Origin: Candidatus Poriferisocius sp.
GTDB lineage: Bacteria; Actinomycetota; Acidimicrobiia; Acidimicrobiales; Bin134
Direction: 5' to 3'
Assembly (NCBI RefSeq): GCF_965219815.1
Contig: NZ_OZ244791.1
Location: 2,604,491 to 2,668,490, forward strand
Length of the DNA stretch: 64,000 nt
In this document: piece by piece, positions 61,741-64,000 of the stretch
How the letters are laid out: each line of letters begins with the position of its first letter
Position numbering within the stretch: position 1 is the first letter of the stretch
The notes under the pieces: model-generated
What the model was told of the DNA's origin: nothing
What the model saw: the letters and a program-made list of their open reading frames with translations, nothing else
The model's database searches: none
Translations under genes and position numbers: made by a program

Positions 61741-62769
61741 CTAGGAAGTCTCGGCGAACAGGGTGGTGTAGACGTAACGCGTCTCTGCTGCTGATAGGCC
61801 AGCGCCCAGATACTGGTTGTCGATGTGCAACTCCCAATGCAGATGGGGGTCGGTGTAGAAGTCGCCGTTAGCGGCCGCGTGGGTTCCTCGATTTCCGATT
61901 TCTCCCACCCTCTGTCCGGCTTGAACTGCTTCACCGACTCGGATGTCGGGGTCGACACTTTCCAGGTGGGCGTAGACGGTGACCACATGGCCGACATCGG
62001 GGATGACGCCGTGGTCGATGACCACGTAGTTCCCGTACAGCGTCAACAGGGTGTAGGGGGGCGTGGCGTCGAGTTGCGCGGCGACATCCAACAAGAGATC
62101 CCGCTTGTCGGAATCCGGGTCCTCGTAGTTGCCCACCACCAGCACTGCCCGCCCGTCCAGCGCGGCTACTGCGGGATGGCCTCGGGCAAAGCACCGGAAG
62201 TCAACCCCCTGGTGTGTTCCCGAGCGATAGGTCCGGGGCGCATTGGGAAGCAGGTCGGGGTGGGGGAGGGGCGACATGCAGGCGCTGGGCCAGACAATGT
62301 CAAGCGACAAGCGGGCGGCATCTTCCAGCGCTTCTTGATACGTCTGCGGCTCTTGGTCCAGCACCACGAAAACCGGGGTGGGGGTGGGTGCGGGGTTGGC
62401 ATCGGTGTTGTCGGGGGGGTTGCTGGGCGATGATCCGTCGCTCGGGTCTGAAGCGGGTGTTGCTTCCGGGGTGGTGGGCGGATCGGTGGATAACGATTCG
62501 TCATCGGATTCTGAAGGGGAGGAAGTCGGCTCGGAGTCAGCCTCGGATAGGCCAGCAGATGACGCCGGGGTGTCGTCGGACCCGTCCGATGACCATGCCT
62601 GGGAAACCACGATTCCGATCACGAAGGCCACCGCCAAGGCTGCAATCGAAAGCAGGACTCGGCCCGACTTGAGGTTTCCTAGGATCTTGACGACCCACTT
62701 CTTCAACCAGCGGAATGACACGGCCAAGCCGCGCCTGATTGCTCTCAGTCCGTGACGAATCTTCTTCAT
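61741..62769 (-). CDS. Membrane-anchored M23 (LytM-type) metallopeptidase
   Basis: ORF track, 342 aa. It has a basic N-terminus plus a TM helix (VLLSIAALAVAFVIGIVV) and a Ser/Asp/Pro-rich linker. The catalytic motifs are HQGVDF and HLHWELH. Confidence 0.88.
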   Translation of the reverse strand: MKKIRHGLRAIRRGLAVSFRWLKKWVVKILGNLKSGRVLLSIAALAVAFVIGIVVSQAWSSDGSDDTPASSAGLSEADSEPTSSPSESDDESLSTDPPTTPEATPASDPSDGSSPSNPPDNTDANPAPTPTPVFVVLDQEPQTYQEALEDAARLSLDIVWPSACMSPLPHPDLLPNAPRTYRSGTHQGVDFRCFARGHPAVAALDGRAVLVVGNYEDPDSDKRDLLLDVAAQLDATPPYTLLTLYGNYVVIDHGVIPDVGHVVTVYAHLESVDPDIRVGEAVQAGQRVGEIGNRGTHAAANGDFYTDPHLHWELHIDNQYLGAGLSAAETRYVYTTLFAETS

Positions 62770-62791
62770 TGCAGATCAGCACACTACACGG

Positions 62792-63064
62792 GTGTTCGGT
62801 GGGCTAGTGGAGCGGGTAGAATTAGCCGCTGTGACTATTGCGCTTGTGGTGATCGACGTGTTTTCCGCGTTGGCACTGCTGTTCCTAGTGCTACTCCACA
62901 GCGGCCGAGGCGGCGGCCTCTCCGACATGTTCGGCGGTGGCCTCGGCACTCAGGCCGCCGGGTCGACCGTCATCGAGAAGAATCTCGACCGGCTCACCAT
63001 CGTGGCCGCGTTGATCTTCTCCTTCTCCACTCTGGCGCTGGCCCTGCTGCTGGATTCCAGCTAG
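62792..63064 (+). CDS. secG: Preprotein translocase subunit SecG
   Basis: ORF track. The true start is possibly GTG at 62807 or 62831. LLFLVLLHSGRGGGLSDMFGGG...GSTVIEKNLDRLTIVAALIFSFS matches the SecG signature. It is the expected downstream neighbour of tpiA in actinobacteria. Confidence 0.88.
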   Translation: MFGGLVERVELAAVTIALVVIDVFSALALLFLVLLHSGRGGGLSDMFGGGLGTQAAGSTVIEKNLDRLTIVAALIFSFSTLALALLLDSS

Positions 63065-63084
63065 CAGCTGACCACATTCCGTCG

Positions 63085-64000
63085 GTTGGACTTCGCGCTC
63101 AGCCCCGAGTTGCTGGAACTGCGCGACCGGGCGCGGATCGTGGCCTCGGAGGGGGTGGCCAAATTCGGGCGTCACAACGACTCGTGGATCAACGGCTACT
63201 CCAAGGAGTTCGCCCGGGTTATGGCCGACGAAGGCTGGATCGGCATGGGATGGCCGAAAGAGTACGGGGGGCGGGCCCGACCGCCCATCGAGCGGTTGAT
63301 CGTGGCCGAGGAGATGATCAGTGCTGGCGCGCCGGTGGCGGCTATGTGGTTCGCCGACCGCCAAATGGGGCCGTCGCTCATTGCCTACGGCTCTAAGCAG
63401 CAGAAGGCCGAGTTTCTGCCTCAGATGCTGGCGGGGGAGAGCACTTGGTGCATCGGGATGAGCGAGCCCGACGCCGGCTCCGATCTGGCCTCCATCGGCA
63501 CTCGGGCGGTCCGCGACGGCGACTACTTCGTGATCGACGGCCAGAAGATCTGGACCAGCTTCGGCAACTTGGCCGACTACTGCTATCTGATCTGCCGCAC
63601 CAGCGACGATGGTCCGCCCCACCGGGGGGTCAGCGAGATCATCGTAGCGATGGACACCCCCGGCATCGAGGTGCGCCCCATCACCGACATGATCGCCAAC
63701 CGGCACTTCTGCGAGATCTACTTCACCGGCGTGCGGGTGCCGGCCGAAAACCTGGTTGGTGCCGAGGGCGACGCTTTCAAGCAGACCATGGTGCAACTGG
63801 CCCACGAGCGAGGAGGGATCGACCGCCTGGTGTCCAACCGGGCGCTGTTCCTGCACGCTAGGTCGAAGGCCGACCACGACGACCCCCGGGTCCGCCAGGA
63901 GATCGCCCGGCTGGAAAGCGAGTACCGGGTGGGCCGCCTGCTGGTGTATCGGGAGGCGCTGGGTCAGGCCCCCGCAGGATTCAGCGCGGCCACCAAGGCA
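63085..64000 (+). CDS. Acyl-CoA dehydrogenase (3'-partial, runs off the window)
   Basis: This ORF is not in the track because it stays open to the window end. Hand translation from the TTG at 63085 gives DFALSPELLELRDRARIVASE.. WIGMGWPKEYGG.. WCIGMSEPDAGSDLASI.. DGQKIWTSFG... with no stop through 64000. Confidence 0.85.

Noticed and set aside
62752-63396. A 214-aa + strand ORF spanning secG and the ACAD 5' end, and ORF 63445..63861.
   Set aside because: These are out-of-frame Arg-rich readings. secG (62792..63064) and the acyl-CoA dehydrogenase frame (from 63085) both carry clear family signatures.

Overview
This is a high-GC chromosomal window with Actinomycetota-type gene order. Hand counts give about 67% G+C in a uvrA sample line. 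All calls rest on motif recognition by eye and on the ORF track. No database search was run.

The backbone consists of two classic actinobacterial housekeeping blocks:
- pdtaR-polA-rpsA-[x]-uvrB-[x]-uvrA (7.7-22.4 kb)
- uvrC-rapZ-[x]-gap-pgk-tpiA-[x]-secG (34.0-63.1 kb)

Each bracketed position is occupied by accessory material:
1. An 840-aa secreted plant-type leucine-rich-repeat protein sits where coaE normally lies.
2. An Old-Yellow-Enzyme-type reductase lies between uvrB and uvrA.
3. An accessory stretch of about 11.5 kb lies between uvrA and uvrC. It includes a roughly 5-kb islet (24.6-29.8 kb) carrying a DUF222/HNH nuclease, a compositionally foreign DUF5131 (phage Gp37/Gp68, three-Cys) plus TcmP-like methyltransferase-fold gene pair, an orphan Phd/YefM antitoxin, a HicB-like gene with an unannotated 45-aa partner ORF, and a small operon of unknowns that includes DUF3467.
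4. A regulator-less catabolic gene set of about 18.7 kb lies between rapZ and gap. It contains three luciferase-like monooxygenases, two family-III CoA-transferases, a thioesterase, an amidohydrolase, four SDRs, a sulfotransferase with a DUF1214 protein, an orphan molybdopterin hydroxylase large subunit translationally coupled to an AtuA/DUF1446-like gene and a DUF4387-like gene, an acyl-CoA ligase, and a decayed VapC toxin.
5. A BVMO-P450-M23 peptidase block splits tpiA from secG.

I rate the DUF5131/TcmP-like cassette as the best candidate for an undescribed system. Secondary leads are an ACANCCCC-containing leader upstream of nadA (a possible NAD+ class I riboswitch), the Mo-hydroxylase/AtuA-like/DUF4387-like operon, and several small perfect repeats. 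I saw no rRNA, tRNA, CRISPR array, integrase or transposase.
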